Origin: Mobula hypostoma
Lineage: Eukaryota
Assembly (NCBI RefSeq): GCF_963921235.1
Contig: NC_086097.1
Location: 218,738,001-218,802,000, forward strand
Length of the DNA: 64,000 nt
Direction of reading: 5' to 3'
The notes under the pieces were generated by a model. That model was given only the letters and a program-made list of their open reading frames with translations. It did not search any database and was not told the origin of the DNA. Position numbers and translations under genes: made by a program. Each line of letters opens with the position of its first letter. The first letter of the stretch is position 1. Of the stretch, positions 27,166 through 39,060 are shown piece after piece.

Positions 27166-27824
27166 GTTTGAGGCCTCTTATTTTCTTACTAATGTGACTT
27201 TGAATAGGCCATATATAGGTGTGACAGGGCTTTATACTACACTAGCGTATGCAAAATATACCCAACAACATTTGAGTTCGTAAACTCAGCAAAAATTCTC
27301 CTCCAACTTCCCGACTCAAATCTTGAAAACCTTTTTACAACTTGAAAATTTGACTCCTACGACGAACACGCCGAATGGTGCCAATACTGGCACACCAACA
27401 CGCCCCTCCCCCCTCCCCCGCCCAGCAGGGATCTGATCGAACACCTCACCTTGCCTCCTCCGGGCTTTACTACAGCTACCAGGAAAAGCTGGACAGCAGC
27501 AAATAGACTCGGAAGTTGACATGCGCAAACACTAGACCGATGGAGCACCCGGCAAACCTCAGCTTGCCCCTGAGGTGCCTCAACTCAGGACGTCCCCCAC
27601 CTGGTCCAAACATGCCCCCGCTCCGAGATCTGAGACAGCTTTGTCATGGTCCATCAATGTAGCTACGAGCTGGAGGAGCGGCTTGTCAAAAAAACAGTTA
27701 GAAGTGTGAAGAGAAAAACATCTGCCATACAAAACAACAACAAATTCTACACAACTTGCAGACTTTTAGCAAGTCCTGGTGCGAGGCTCTCCTGGGAGAA
27801 TGTCTCCCACGAGAGCCTTGAAAA

Positions 27825-28545
27825 TTACTGTGCATGGTACTCCTCATTTGGACAAAGTGACGGGCCGGGATGCATGGCTCCATTGTGATTCGTGCTGTTA
27901 CATTCCGAGCACTTTATGGCGAACGTACACACTTTAGCAAGATGGGAGGTAGAGGAACAGCACTTAAAACATTTTCTCTTTTCCTTGAGAAGGGCCTTTC
28001 TTTTGTCAAAGGGTTTGTTTCGAAACATTCTGCATTTTTTGAGGGGATAGGGTTTGTTGTGCAATGGACAATTCTTGCTAGGGTCATCGTTGATTGCGGA
28101 GACTTCTGTTTTATGCACTGAAACAGGTTTATTGGTGACAAAATTATTCGAAATGGGTTTGACTGGCTTGGTGTGAGTTGTCCGGAGCTCTTCACGATCA
28201 CGCTGCATGCATGGCCCTCACCTTCACACCTTCTCTGAACTGGAGGTTACACATAAGACGCGGCGAAACCGGAGGTGACATCATCACATGCCGCGATATA
28301 CCGTAGACAATGAATTTACGTTTGTTATACTGTAACATAATTATCAACCTTTAACTTTAACTAGAAAATAGTTACAAACAAATCATTTAAAACGTAGACC
28401 CAACAAAGTCAAATAAATGCCTACGGGCAACATACTCCCCGCCTGACCTTTGTAAGGCCACTATAAACATGATATAGAACTTTAGTCTCTAGATCAGTCT
28501 TTAGGTAGAAGTAGAACGACCTCTGTAACTGGTCTCAGGTTTCTT
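27825..28545 (-). mobile_element. Rearranged BEL/Pao LTR retrotransposon relic (integrase end, PPT, LTR start, Gag zinc knuckles)
   Basis: CPLHNKPY..CFKCCSSTSHLAKVC..CSECNSTNHNGAMH Gag. Minus strand LRPVTEVVLLLPKD*. PPT ggcggggagta followed by TGTTG at 28432. Confidence 0.8.
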
Positions 28546-28797
28546 TTTCAGGGTTCATTGTAAAAGTTTTAAGTACATTGAGGTTTATGCTGTTTAAGTT
28601 GATGAATATATACAGTCTCAGTAGTTCTATTTGCATAATTCACTTTTGAGCATAGACAGGTGGCTCCCTGGAATTACATATTTACAATGGGAGCAGATCT
28701 CAGCTGACGAGACTGCTTCTTCTAACACCTTTGTTGCAAATCTGTGAACACAAAATCAGCTTACTACTGTATTGAGAGATAGCTAAATATTGATCTC

Positions 28798-28895
28798 CAA
28801 CAAGAGAAATTCAGCAGATGCTGAAAATCCAAGCAGCACACACAAAATGCTGGAGGAACTCAGCAGGCCAGGCAGCATCTATGGAAAAGAGTATA
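28798..28895 (-). mobile_element. Penelope-derived short repeat tail
   Basis: cagatgctg..gcacacacaaaatgctggaggaactcagcaggccaggcagcatctatgg, as at 3512 and 24462. Confidence 0.75.
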
Positions 28896-28947
28896 CGAGA
28901 ATGTGATCTCATTCACATTCACCTTGGCAGGCAAGGCATGTCAAGCT

Positions 28948-29232
28948 GGGTGCCATAGTAGCTTAGCAGTTAGCACAACACTATTACTGCTTTGGGCATC
29001 GGAGTTCAATTTCTAAGTCATCTGTAAGGTGTTTCTACGTCCTCCCTGTGGAATATGTGAGTTTTGTCTGGATGCTATGGTTTTCTCCCACAGACCAAAG
29101 ACATACTGGGTTAGTAGGATAATTGGTCATTGTAAATTGTCCTGTGATTAGGCTTGGGTTAAATCAGGTGCTGCTGGGCAGCACAGCTCAAAGGGCCTAT
29201 TCCTTGCCATATCTCAGTAAATAATAAATAAA
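28948..29232 (+). mobile_element. V-SINE (tRNA head plus V domain)
   Basis: tagcttagcagttagc A box, ggagttcaatt B box, ctcccacagaccaaagac V domain, taaataataaataaaa tail. Confidence 0.75.
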
Positions 29233-29378
29233 AAGTTGAAATCAAAACAACTAAGCCAAAGAAGGCAACATTTTACATGGTCAAAATGCGGTCAAATGTT
29301 TGAACTTTATGGAGAGTTTTAAACAGAGAGGTTGAATCTCAGAGAAATGAATGTCAGGATTATATAGGGTGATATATA

Positions 29379-30957
29379 CAGTGCCTATAAAAAGTATTCA
29401 CCCTCCCTTGGAAGGTTTCATGTTTTATTGTTTTGCAACATTGATTCACAGTGGATTTAATTTGGCTATTTTGACACTGATCAACAGAAAAAGTCTTTCG
29501 TTTCAAAGTGAAAACAGATCTCTACAAAGTGATCTAAATTAATTACAAATATAAAATACAAAATAATTGATTGCATAAGTAGTCAGTATTTAGTAGACGC
29601 ACCTTTAGCAGCAATTACAGACTTGAGTCTGTGTGGATAGGTCTCTAGCAGCTTTGCACATCTGAACACTACAATTTTTCTCCAATCTTCTTTACCAAAC
29701 TGCTCAAACTCTGTGAGATTGCATGGGGATCGTGAGAGAACATCCCTTTTCAAGTCCAGCCTCAAATTCTCAATTGGATTGAGGTCTGGATTGTGACTTG
29801 GCCACCCAGGAGATTAACTTTATTGTTTTTAAGCCATTCCTGTGTAACTTTGTCTTTTTCTTGGGCCATTGTCTTGCTGGAAAACAAATCTTCTCCCAAG
29901 TCCCGGTTATGTTACAGACTGCATCAGGTTTCCCACCAGGATTTCCCTGTATTTTGTTGCATTCATTTTACCCTCTACCTTCACAAGCCTTCCAGGGCCT
30001 GCTGCAGTGAAGCCTCCCCACAGCACGATGCAACCACCACCATGCTTCACGGTAGGGATGGTGTGTTTTTGACGATGTGTGGTGTTTGGCTTACACCAAC
30101 ATAGCGTTCAGTCTGATTGCCAAAAATCTCAATTTTGGTTTCATCAGACCATAGAACCTTTTGCCAGCTGACTTCAGAATCTCCCACATCCCTGCTGGCA
30201 AACTCTAGCTGTGATTTCATGTGAGTTTTTTTCAACAGTGGCTTTCCCTTTGCCACTCGCTCACAAAGCTGTGACTGGTGAAGCATCCAGGCAACAGTTA
30301 TGCGCGCAGTCTCTCCCATCTCAGCCACTGAAGCTTTTAACTCCTCCAGTTGTCTTAAGTCCCTTGGTAGCCTCTCTCACTAGTCTCCTTCTTGCACAGC
30401 CACTCAGTTTTGAGTGGCCTACTCTAGGTACATTTACAGCTGTGCCATATTCTTTCCATTTCTGGATGACTGACTTGACTGTACTCCAAGGGATTTTAGT
30501 GACTTGGAATTTTTCTTGTATCTACCTCCTGACCTGTGCTTTTCAATAACCTTTTCATGGAGTTGCTTAGAGTGTTCTGTTGTCCTCATGGTGTAGCTTT
30601 TGCCAGGATACTGACTCACCAGCAGTTGGACTTGTGTATTTTTACAATCAATTGAAAAACCTTGACTGCAGACAGAGATCTTCATTTAACTAATTATGTG
30701 ACTTCTAAAACCAATTGGCTGCACCAGTGATAATTTGGTGTGTCATATTACAGGGGGGTGCAATCGATTATTTTGTGTTTTATATTTGTAATTAATTTAG
30801 ATCACTTTGTAGAGATCTGTTTTCACTTTGAATTGAAAGTCTTTTTCTGTTGATCAATGTCAAAAAAGCCAGATTAAATCCACTGTGATTGAATGTTGTA
30901 AAACAATAAAAAATGAACACTTTCAAGGGGGGTGGTGAATACTTTTTATAGGCACTG
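29379..30957 (-). mobile_element. Tc1 transposon A, both TIRs present, defective transposase
   Basis: TA|cagtgcctataaaaagtattca ... tgaatactttttataggcactg|TA. About 200-bp inverted repeats. VLWSDETKIE, QQDN and SPDLNPIEN pieces. Confidence 0.95.
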
Positions 30958-33127
30958 TATATACTGTGATGATAAATTTCCTTTGGCTTTGACCTTTGAA
31001 GGGAAGGAGTTTTGGAAAGTAATTTAGTTTATTTGACCTCCAAAACAGAAAACATAGCTGCCAACATGATCCACAAGTGGTCAGAGTAATAGAAAAGTTG
31101 GGGGAAGGGGATTGGAAGGGTTACAGATGGGGCTGGAAGATTTTGTACAGATCATTGAGGGATTGAGCCATGATAGGATGTAAAAATGCATGAGAGTTTT
31201 ATATAGAAGTAGCATAAAGTCATGAACTAATTATTAATAAGAACAGGGATAATGAATTAGTGGAACTAGTGGGGAGAAGATCTTCTTTGGATTTTAGCTA
31301 TAGAGTAGCCTTCAGTGGAGTGGCTGCCCAGCAGCACAGCAGGGTGAAAGGAAGTGTGAAGCTCTCCATGTATGACAAGCAATCCGCTGCAGGAACTCAG
31401 TGAGTCAAGCTGTGACTGTAAGGGGAAAGGAAATGTTGACATTTTAGCTTGAAACTCTGCATCAGTTACCTGGTATCCTCATTGTTCCTGCCAATACAAT
31501 CCTTACTCCCCCCCCCCACCCCCAAAATGCTCTAAATTCCAGCATCTGCAACCTTTTGTGTCTGCAAAGGGAACCATGCTTTTCATGAGAATTCTCAATT
31601 GTAATAGACACGTGGGTCTCGAACGTATATTCTGGTCAGAGGGGAGCCGCTTCTTCTTGGTTTCACTAAGATACTTTCAACACAAACCTTTCTGAACTTT
31701 TTTGAATGTCCTGCCAAGTTGAACTGAGCTTAGTAAGCTCATGGTAGCATGATAATCTGTCATCCAATAGTTACATCCACTGTGAAGAAGAGGCTGAAGT
31801 TGAATCCACTTGAAATGACTCGAATCTACTCCGATTGGCCTACCGGCACAATGGGTCAACAAAAGGTGCCTTCTCATTGGCTCTTCACTCAACCTTGGAA
31901 CATGTGGACAGTGAAGGTGCATACACCAGGATGCTCTTCATTGACTACAACTTTGCATTCAATCTAATCATCCCCTTAAAATGAATCTATAAGCTTCAAG
32001 TCCTAGGCCTCAATACCTCCTTGAGTAACTGGATCCTCGACTTCCTCATCTGCAGACTCCAGTCAGTTCAGATTGGCAACAACATCTCCTCCAGTCTCTA
32101 TCAGCACAGGAGCACCACAAGACTGTGTGCTTAGCCCCCTGCTCTACTTGCTTTACATTTATGAATATGTGGCTAAGCACAGCACCAACGCCATAGTTAA
32201 TTTTGCTGATGATACCACTGTTGTTGGTTGAATCAAAGGTGATGATGAATCAGCATATAGGAGGGAGATTGAAAATCTGGCTGAGTGGTGTCACAACAAC
32301 AACCTCTTACTTCATGTCAACAAGACCAAGGAGAAGCTTATTGACTTAAGAAAGAGGAAACCAAGGTCCACGAGCCAGACCTCATCAGGAGATCAGTGGT
32401 GGAGAGGGTCAGCAACTTTAAATTTCTCTGTATTAATCTGTCCTGGGTCCAGCACTTAAGTGTCATTATGAAGAGAACATGGCAGCAACTCTACTTTCTC
32501 AGAAGTTTGTGAAGTTTTAGCATGTCATCTAAAACTTTGTCAAACTTCTATCCATATGTGGTGGGAAGTGTATTGACTGTTTGCATCATGGCCTGGTATG
32601 GAAACACCAATGCCCTTGTGCAGAAGTGCCTCCAAAAGTAGTGGGTACAGTCCAGTCCATTTTGGGTAAAGCTCTCCCCACCATTGAGCACATCTACACA
32701 GAGCTCGGTCTCAGGAAAGCAGCATCCATCATCAAGGACAACCCCTCCCTCCCCTATCCCGGCCATGCTCTCTTCTCACCGCTGCCTTCAGAGAGAAGAT
32801 ACAGGAGTCTCAAGACCTATACCATCAGGTTTAGGAACACTTATTAACCCTCAACCATCGGGCTCATCACCAGAGGGGATAACTTCACTTAACCCATCAC
32901 TGAACTGTTCCCACAACCTATGGGCTCACTTTCAGGGACTCTTCATCTCATGTTCTCAATAGTTTTTATTTATGTATTTATTTTTATTGTTATTCTTTTT
33001 TCTATTTCTTTTGTATCTGAACAGTTTGTTCTCTTTTGCATGTTGGTTGTTTACTGGGTACGGTCTTTCTATTGTGTTTCTTGCATTTGTTGTGATTGCC
33101 CGCAAGGAAGTGAATCTCAGGATTGTA

Positions 33128-34743
33128 CAGTGGCATGCAAGTGTTTGGGCACCCCAGTCAAAATTTCTATTACTGTGAATAGCTAAGCGAGTAAAAGATG
33201 ACCTGATTTCGAAAAGGCATAAAGTTAAAGATGACACATTTCTTTAATATTTTAAGCAAGATTACTTTTTTTTATTTCTGTCTTTTACAGTTTCAAAATA
33301 GCAAAAAAAGAAAAGGGCCTGAAGCAAAAATTTGGGCACCCTGCATGGTCAGTACTTAGTAACACCCCCTTTGGCAAGTATCACAGCTTGTAAACGCTTT
33401 CTGTAGCCAGCTAAGAGTCTTTCAATTCTTGTTTGGGGGATTTTTGCCCATTCTTCTTTGCAAAAGGCTTCTAGTTCTGTGAGATTCTTGGGCTGCCTTG
33501 CATGCACTGCTCTTCTGAGGTCTATTTACAGATTTTCGATGATATTTAAGTCGGGGGACTATGAGGGCCATGGCAAAACCTTCAGCTTGTGCCTTTTGAA
33601 GTAGTCCATTGTGGATTTTGAGGTGTGTTTAGGATCATTATCCTGTTGTAGAAGCCATCCTCTTTTCATCTTCAGCTTTTTTACAGACAGTGTGATGTTT
33701 GCTTCCAAAGTTTGCTGATATTTAATTGAATTCATTCTTCCCTTTACCTTTGAAATGTTCCCCGTGCCACTGGCTACAACACAAGCCCAAAGCATGATCG
33801 ATCCACCCCCGTGCTTAACAGTTGTTCTTTTCATGAAATTCTGCACCCTTTTTTCTCCAAACGTACCTTTGCTCATTGCAGCCAAAAGGTTCTATTTTAA
33901 CTTCATCAGTCCACAGGACTTGTTTCCAAAATGCATCAGACTTGTTTAGATGTGCCTTTGCAAACTTCTGACGCTGAATTTTGTGGTGAGGACGCAGGAA
34001 AGGTTTCCTTCTGATGACTCTTCCATGAAGGTCATTTTTGTGCAGGTGTTGCTGCACAGTAGAACAGTGCACCACCACTCCAGAGTCTGCTAAATCTTCC
34101 TGAAGGTCTTTTGCAGTCATACGGGGGTTTTGATTTGCCTTTCTAGCAATCCTACGAGCAGTTCTCTCGGAAAGCTTTCTTGGTCTTCCAGATCTCAACT
34201 TGACCTTCACCGTTCCTGTTAATGGTCATTTCTTAGTTACATTACGAACTGAGGAAATAGCTACCTGAAAATGCTTTGCTATCTTCTTATAGCCTTCTCC
34301 TGCATGGTGGGCATGATTTATTTTAATTTTCAGAGTGCTAGGCAGCTACTTAGAGGAACCCATGGCTGCTGATTTTTGGGACAACATTTGAGGAGTCAGG
34401 GTATTTAAAAAGCTTTGAAATTTGCATCACCTGGCCTTTCCTAATGATGACTGTGAACAAGCCATAGCCCTAACAAGCTAATCAAGATTTGAGACCTTGG
34501 TAAAAGTTATCTGAGAGCTCAAGTCTCTTGGGGTGCCCAAACTTTTGCATGGTGCTCCTTTCCTTTTTTTCCACTCTAAAATTGTACAGAACAAAAATAA
34601 TACACTCATCTTGCTTAAAATGTTGAAAAGAATGTTACACCTTTAACTTTATGACTTTTGGAAATCAGTTCCTCTTCTACTCATCTAACTATTCACAGTA
34701 ACAGAAATTTTGACCGGGGTACCTAAACCTTTGCATGCCACTG
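33128..34743 (-). mobile_element. Tc1 transposon B, both TIRs present, frameshifted transposase
   Basis: TA|cagtggcatgcaa ... ttgcatgccactg|TA. About 215-bp inverted repeats. SGRPRKLS HTH, VLWTDE, VKHGGGSIMLW, QQDNDPKH. Confidence 0.95.
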
Positions 34744-36143
34744 TATATGTATTTTACTTTACTTTACTTTACTTCATGTTATACTTTATTGTCACCAAAC
34801 AATTGATATTAGAACATACAATCATCACAGCGATATTTGATTCTGCGCTTCCCGCTCCCTGGATTACAAATATTACATATTAAAAATATCAAAAATAGTA
34901 AAAATTAGCAAATATAAAAATTTAAATTATAAATCATAAATAGAAAAATGGAAAGTAAGGTAGTGCAAAAAAACCGAGAGGCAGGTCCGGATATTTGGAG
35001 GGTACGGCCCAGATCCGGGTCAGGATCCGTTCATCAGTCTTATCAGAGTTGGAAAGAAGCTATTCCCAAATCTGGCCGTATGAGTCTTCAAGCTCCTGAG
35101 TATTCTCCTGGAGGGAAGAGGGACGAAAAGTGTGTTGGCTGGGTGGGTCATGTCCTTGATTATCCTGGCAGCACTGCTCCGACAGTGTGTGGTGTAAAGT
35201 GAGTCCACGGATGGAAGATTGGTTTGTGTGATGTGCTGGGTTGTGTTCATGATCTTCTGCAGCTTCTTTTGGTCTTGGACAGGACAACTTCCATACCAGG
35301 TTGTGATGCACCCTAGAAGAATCCTTTCTATGGTGCATCTATAAAAATTAGTGAGGGTTTTAGGGGACAGGCCAAATTTCTTTAGTTTTCTCAGGAAGTA
35401 AAGGTGCTGGTGGGCCTTCTTGGCAGTGAACTCTGCTTGGTTGGACCAAATCAGGTCATTTGTGATATTGACCCCGAGGAACTTAAAGGTTTTGACCTGT
35501 TCCACTTGCGCAACACCGATGTAAATTGAATTGTGCGGTCCGTTACTCCTTCTGAGGTCAACAACCAATTCCTTTTTTGCTGACGTTGAGGGATAGGTTA
35601 TTGTCTTCGCACCATGCCACCGGGTTCTTAATTTCTTCTCTGTACTCAAACTCATCATTATCCGAGATACGGCCTACAATTGTTGTGTCATCAGCAAACT
35701 TATATATTGAGTTTGATGGAAACTTGGCTACACAATCATGGGTGTACAGTGAGTACAGCAGGGGGCTGAGTACACAGCCTTGTGGGGCACCGGTGCTCAG
35801 AGTGATTGTAGAGGAGAGCTTGTCCCCTATTTTTACAGCCTGGGTCCTGTCTGTGAGGAAATTGAAGATCCAGCTGCAGATCTGAGTGCCAAGGCCCAGG
35901 TTCTGGAGCTTAGGAATCAGTTTATTTGGAATGATGGTATTAAAGGCAGAGCTGTAGTCAATGAAAAGGAGCCTCACGTATGCATCTTTATTCTCCAGGT
36001 GTTCTAAGGAGGAATGTAGGGCCAGAGAGATGGCATCTGCCGTTGACCTCAAACACAAAATAATCAGCAGATGCTGGGGTCAAAGCAACACTCACATCCC
36101 GCTGGAGGAACTCAGCAGGTCGGGCAGCACCCATGAAAAAGAT

Positions 36144-36181
36144 CGGTTGACGTTTCGGGCTGGAACCCTTCGTCAGGACCG
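36144..36181 (-). ncRNA. Minimal type I hammerhead ribozyme motif, intact catalytic core
   Basis: Minus strand cggtc-CTGACGA-A-GGGTT-cc-AGCCC-GAAA-CGTC-aaccg. One C-A mismatch at the base of stem I. Confidence 0.75.
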
Positions 36182-37011
36182 TAGAGGGAAGGGGCAGAGG
36201 ACCTATAAAGAAGTTGGGGGGAGGGTAGGAAGGAGACAGCTGGTAGGTTCCAGGTGAAAAACCAGTAAGGGGAAAGATAAAGGGGTGGGAGAGGGGAAGC
36301 AGGGATGTGATAGGCAGGAAAGGTGAAGAAGGAATAGGGGGAAGCACAATAGGTAGTAGAAGGAGGCGGAACCATGAGGGAGGTGATAGGCAGCTGGGGG
36401 AGGGGGCAGAGTGAAATAGAGATAGAGGAAAGGAGTGGCGGGGGAATTATCAGAAGTTGGAGAATTCTATGTTCATACCAAGGGGCTGGAGACTACCTAG
36501 ACGGTATATGAGCATACCAAGGGGCTGGAGACTACCTAGACCTCCGCTCCCTCCGCCACAACAGACAGGATCTCCCAGTAGCCACCCACTTCAACTCTGC
36601 TTCCCACTCCCATTCAGATATGTCCATACATGGCCTCCTCTACTGCCATGATGAGGCTAAATTCAGGCTGGAGGAGCAACACCTCATATACTGTCTAGGT
36701 AGTCTCCAGCCCCTTGGTATGAACATAGAATTCTCCAACTTCCGGTAATTCCCTCCCCCTCCCTTCCTCTATCTCTATGTCACTCTGCCCCCTCCCCCAG
36801 CTGCCTATCACCTCCCTCATGGTTCCCCCTCCTTCTACTACCCATTGTGTTTTCCCCTATTCCTTCTTCACCTTTCCTGCCTATCACCTCCCTGCTTCCC
36901 CTCCCCCACCACTTTATCTTTCCCCTTACTGGTTTTTTACCTGGAACCTACCAGCCTTCTCCTTCCCACCCTCCCCCACCTTCTTTATTGGCCCTCTACC
37001 CCTTCCCTCTA

Positions 37012-37049
37012 CAGTCTTGATGAAGGGTTCCGGCCTGAAACGTTGATCG
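37012..37049 (+). ncRNA. Minimal type I hammerhead motif (C3U variant, GUU site), sense to PREX2
   Basis: cagtc-TTGATGA-A-GGGTT-cc-GGCCT-GAAA-CGTT-gatcg. Confidence 0.6.
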
Positions 37050-37659
37050 ATCTTTTCCACAAATGCTGCCCGACCTGCTGAGTTCCTCCGGTGTGTTGTG
37101 AGTGCTGTTGACCTGTTGCTCCGGTAGGTGAATTGCAGAGCGTCGAGATTGACCGGTAGGCTGTGGTTGATGTGTGCCATAACCAATCTCTCGAGCACTT
37201 CATAGCAATTGATGTCAGAGCCACAGGTCAATAGTCATTCAGGCATGCCACCTTTCTCTTCTTCGGCACTGGGATTATCATTGCCTTCTTAAAACATGAA
37301 GGGATTTTAGACTGAAGCAAGGAGCAGTTGAAGATGTCAGCAAACACTCCAGCTAACTCGCTTGCCCAGTCCCGGAGAAACCGTCCTGTGACGCCATCTG
37401 GGCCCGTCGCCTTCCTTGGATTTATCTTCAGGAAGGCCCTTCTAACGTCCTCCTCGGTGACGATGAATCTTGATGCCACCAGGTCTGGTTCATTTATTTT
37501 GATAATAAATTTACTTTGAACTTTTGTGGATGAATTATCTAGTAAGCAAGTGGTTAAATTTACACTGAGTTCACCTTTGTATCATCTGACACCAGTTTGC
37601 AGAGATTAGTGAGGCTCTTGCCTAATTCTAGTAAGCATCCCTTTGCCACTCAGTAAAAA

Positions 37660-38560
37660 GACGAGGGTATATCGAGAGGATAGAGTGTAGAGTGGAAGTG
37701 GATTGGCTATTATTGTGAAAAGAACAACCTAAGCCTGAATGTGGAGAAGAGAAAGGAAATTATGGACTTCAGAAAGGTGCAGACAATTTATCTCCCTCTG
37801 CGAATATATGGCTCTCCCATAGAGAGAGTTAAATGCACCAAGTTCCTTGGAGTTCACATCACAGATGACCTCACCTGGTCCTTTAATATCACCTCCCTGA
37901 ACAAAACAAGAAAGCAGAGCAGCACCTCCACTTCCTAAGAAGATTGAGGGAAGCATGGTTGCTCCCACCCCCATATTAACTGTGTTTTACAGGAGCACCA
38001 CTGAGAGTGTCCAAACAAGTTGCATCTCCGTCTGGTATGGGGGCAGTCTAGTATCGGACCAGAGGTCCCTACAATGGATTGTGAGAACAACTGAGAGGAT
38101 TATCGGGGTCTCTTTACCATTTATTGGGGACATTTATGAGGAGCACTGCATATGCAGGGCCCTTAGTTTTATTAAGGATCCCAACCATCCATCCAGTATC
38201 CTCTTTGACGTTCTACCATCAGGCAGGAGACTATGATGCATATAAACAAGAATGGTTAGGATGAGAAACAGATTCTTCCCCCAGGCTATGAGGCTTCTGA
38301 ACTCCCGGCCGCATTGCATTCGAAGTGTCACTGGTTAATCTGTTAGATACCTTACAATATTTAATATTAATACTCTTTGTTTGTTATTTATGTGTGAGTC
38401 ATTTGTAGATTTTATTCCTAGCTTCATAAGTTAGCGTGTGTTATGTGTACTACTGTGCTTCACACCCTGGTTCAAAGAAACATTGTCTTGTTTCTATATA
38501 CATTATATGGTTATATACATTATATATATGTATATAGTTAAATCACACTTTACTTGCATT
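37660..38560 (+). mobile_element. Rex1/Babar LINE 3' fragment
   Basis: KFLGVHITDDLTWS, FYRSTTESVQTSCISVWYG, LPSGRR. Confidence 0.85.
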
Positions 38561-38739
38561 GATAGGTTTAAGGCAAGGGGTCAGAGGCTCAAAGTGGTTT
38601 TGAGAATTATTTTTGTCACTGACTGGGTGGTTGGAATTTCCAATGCAATGCCTAATTGTACAGAGGAAGTAAGTACTCTCACAACCTTAACAATTATCTA
38701 AAGGAGCACTTGAATAATCAAGGCTTCATTAAGAAATCA

Positions 38740-39060
38740 TCAAGTTCCTAGCAGGGTACTGAAAATATTTTCTGACCAGCTGGCTGGACTGTTCAAGGAC
38801 ATCTTTAACTTTCCTCGGCAGCTGCCTGAGGTTCCCAGTGCTTCAAAAGGGAGGCAATCATGCACTGGTGCCCAAGAAGTGCATGGTGAGCTGCCTCAGT
38901 GACTTTCACCCTCTGGCACTCATAGCCACTGCGATGAACTGCTTCAGGAACTTGGTGATAGCCACAGTTAACTCCTGCTGGAGCAGGGATCTAGACCAGC
39001 TGCGATTTGCATCCCGCAGCAGCAGGTCTGCAGCAGACAGTCTCATTGTACCTCCCCACT
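38740..39060 (+). mobile_element. Rex1/Babar RT N-terminal fragment
   Basis: VPKK..SCLSDFHPLAL..MNCF..LDQLRFA..RSAAD. Confidence 0.75.

Larger units (their letters stand above)
36050..37106. mobile_element. Penelope-like element 3' end with inverted duplicate (about 420-bp arms)
   Basis: 36087-36512 is the reverse complement of about 36683-37105. GIY-YIG C-terminus (DLPVATHFN..HGLLYCHDEAKFRLEEQHLIYCLG) in the middle. TSD gttgacct at 36042-36049 and 37107-37114. Confidence 0.9.
34756..37494 (-). mobile_element. Younger Rex1/Babar LINE, 5' truncated, interrupted by a Penelope insertion
   Basis: [44 protein letters not shown]. (actttt)n tail. Candidate TSD tatttt at 34750-34755 and 37495-37500. 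Confidence 0.92.
31780..37525 (+). mobile_element. Rex1/Babar LINE (host of nested insertions); body 31780-33127, tail remnants 34744-34755 and 37495-37525
   Basis: RT remnants ([18 protein letters not shown]). Tail gaatctcaggattgta|...|gataataaatttactttgaac is restored when the inserts are removed. Confidence 0.85.

Noticed and set aside
26996..27283. 95-aa standalone ORF
   Set aside because: Exon 26975-27165 plus intronic read-through beyond the GT donor.
33128..34743. Active Tc1 transposase
   Set aside because: Coding region is broken into separate frames with stops and indels.
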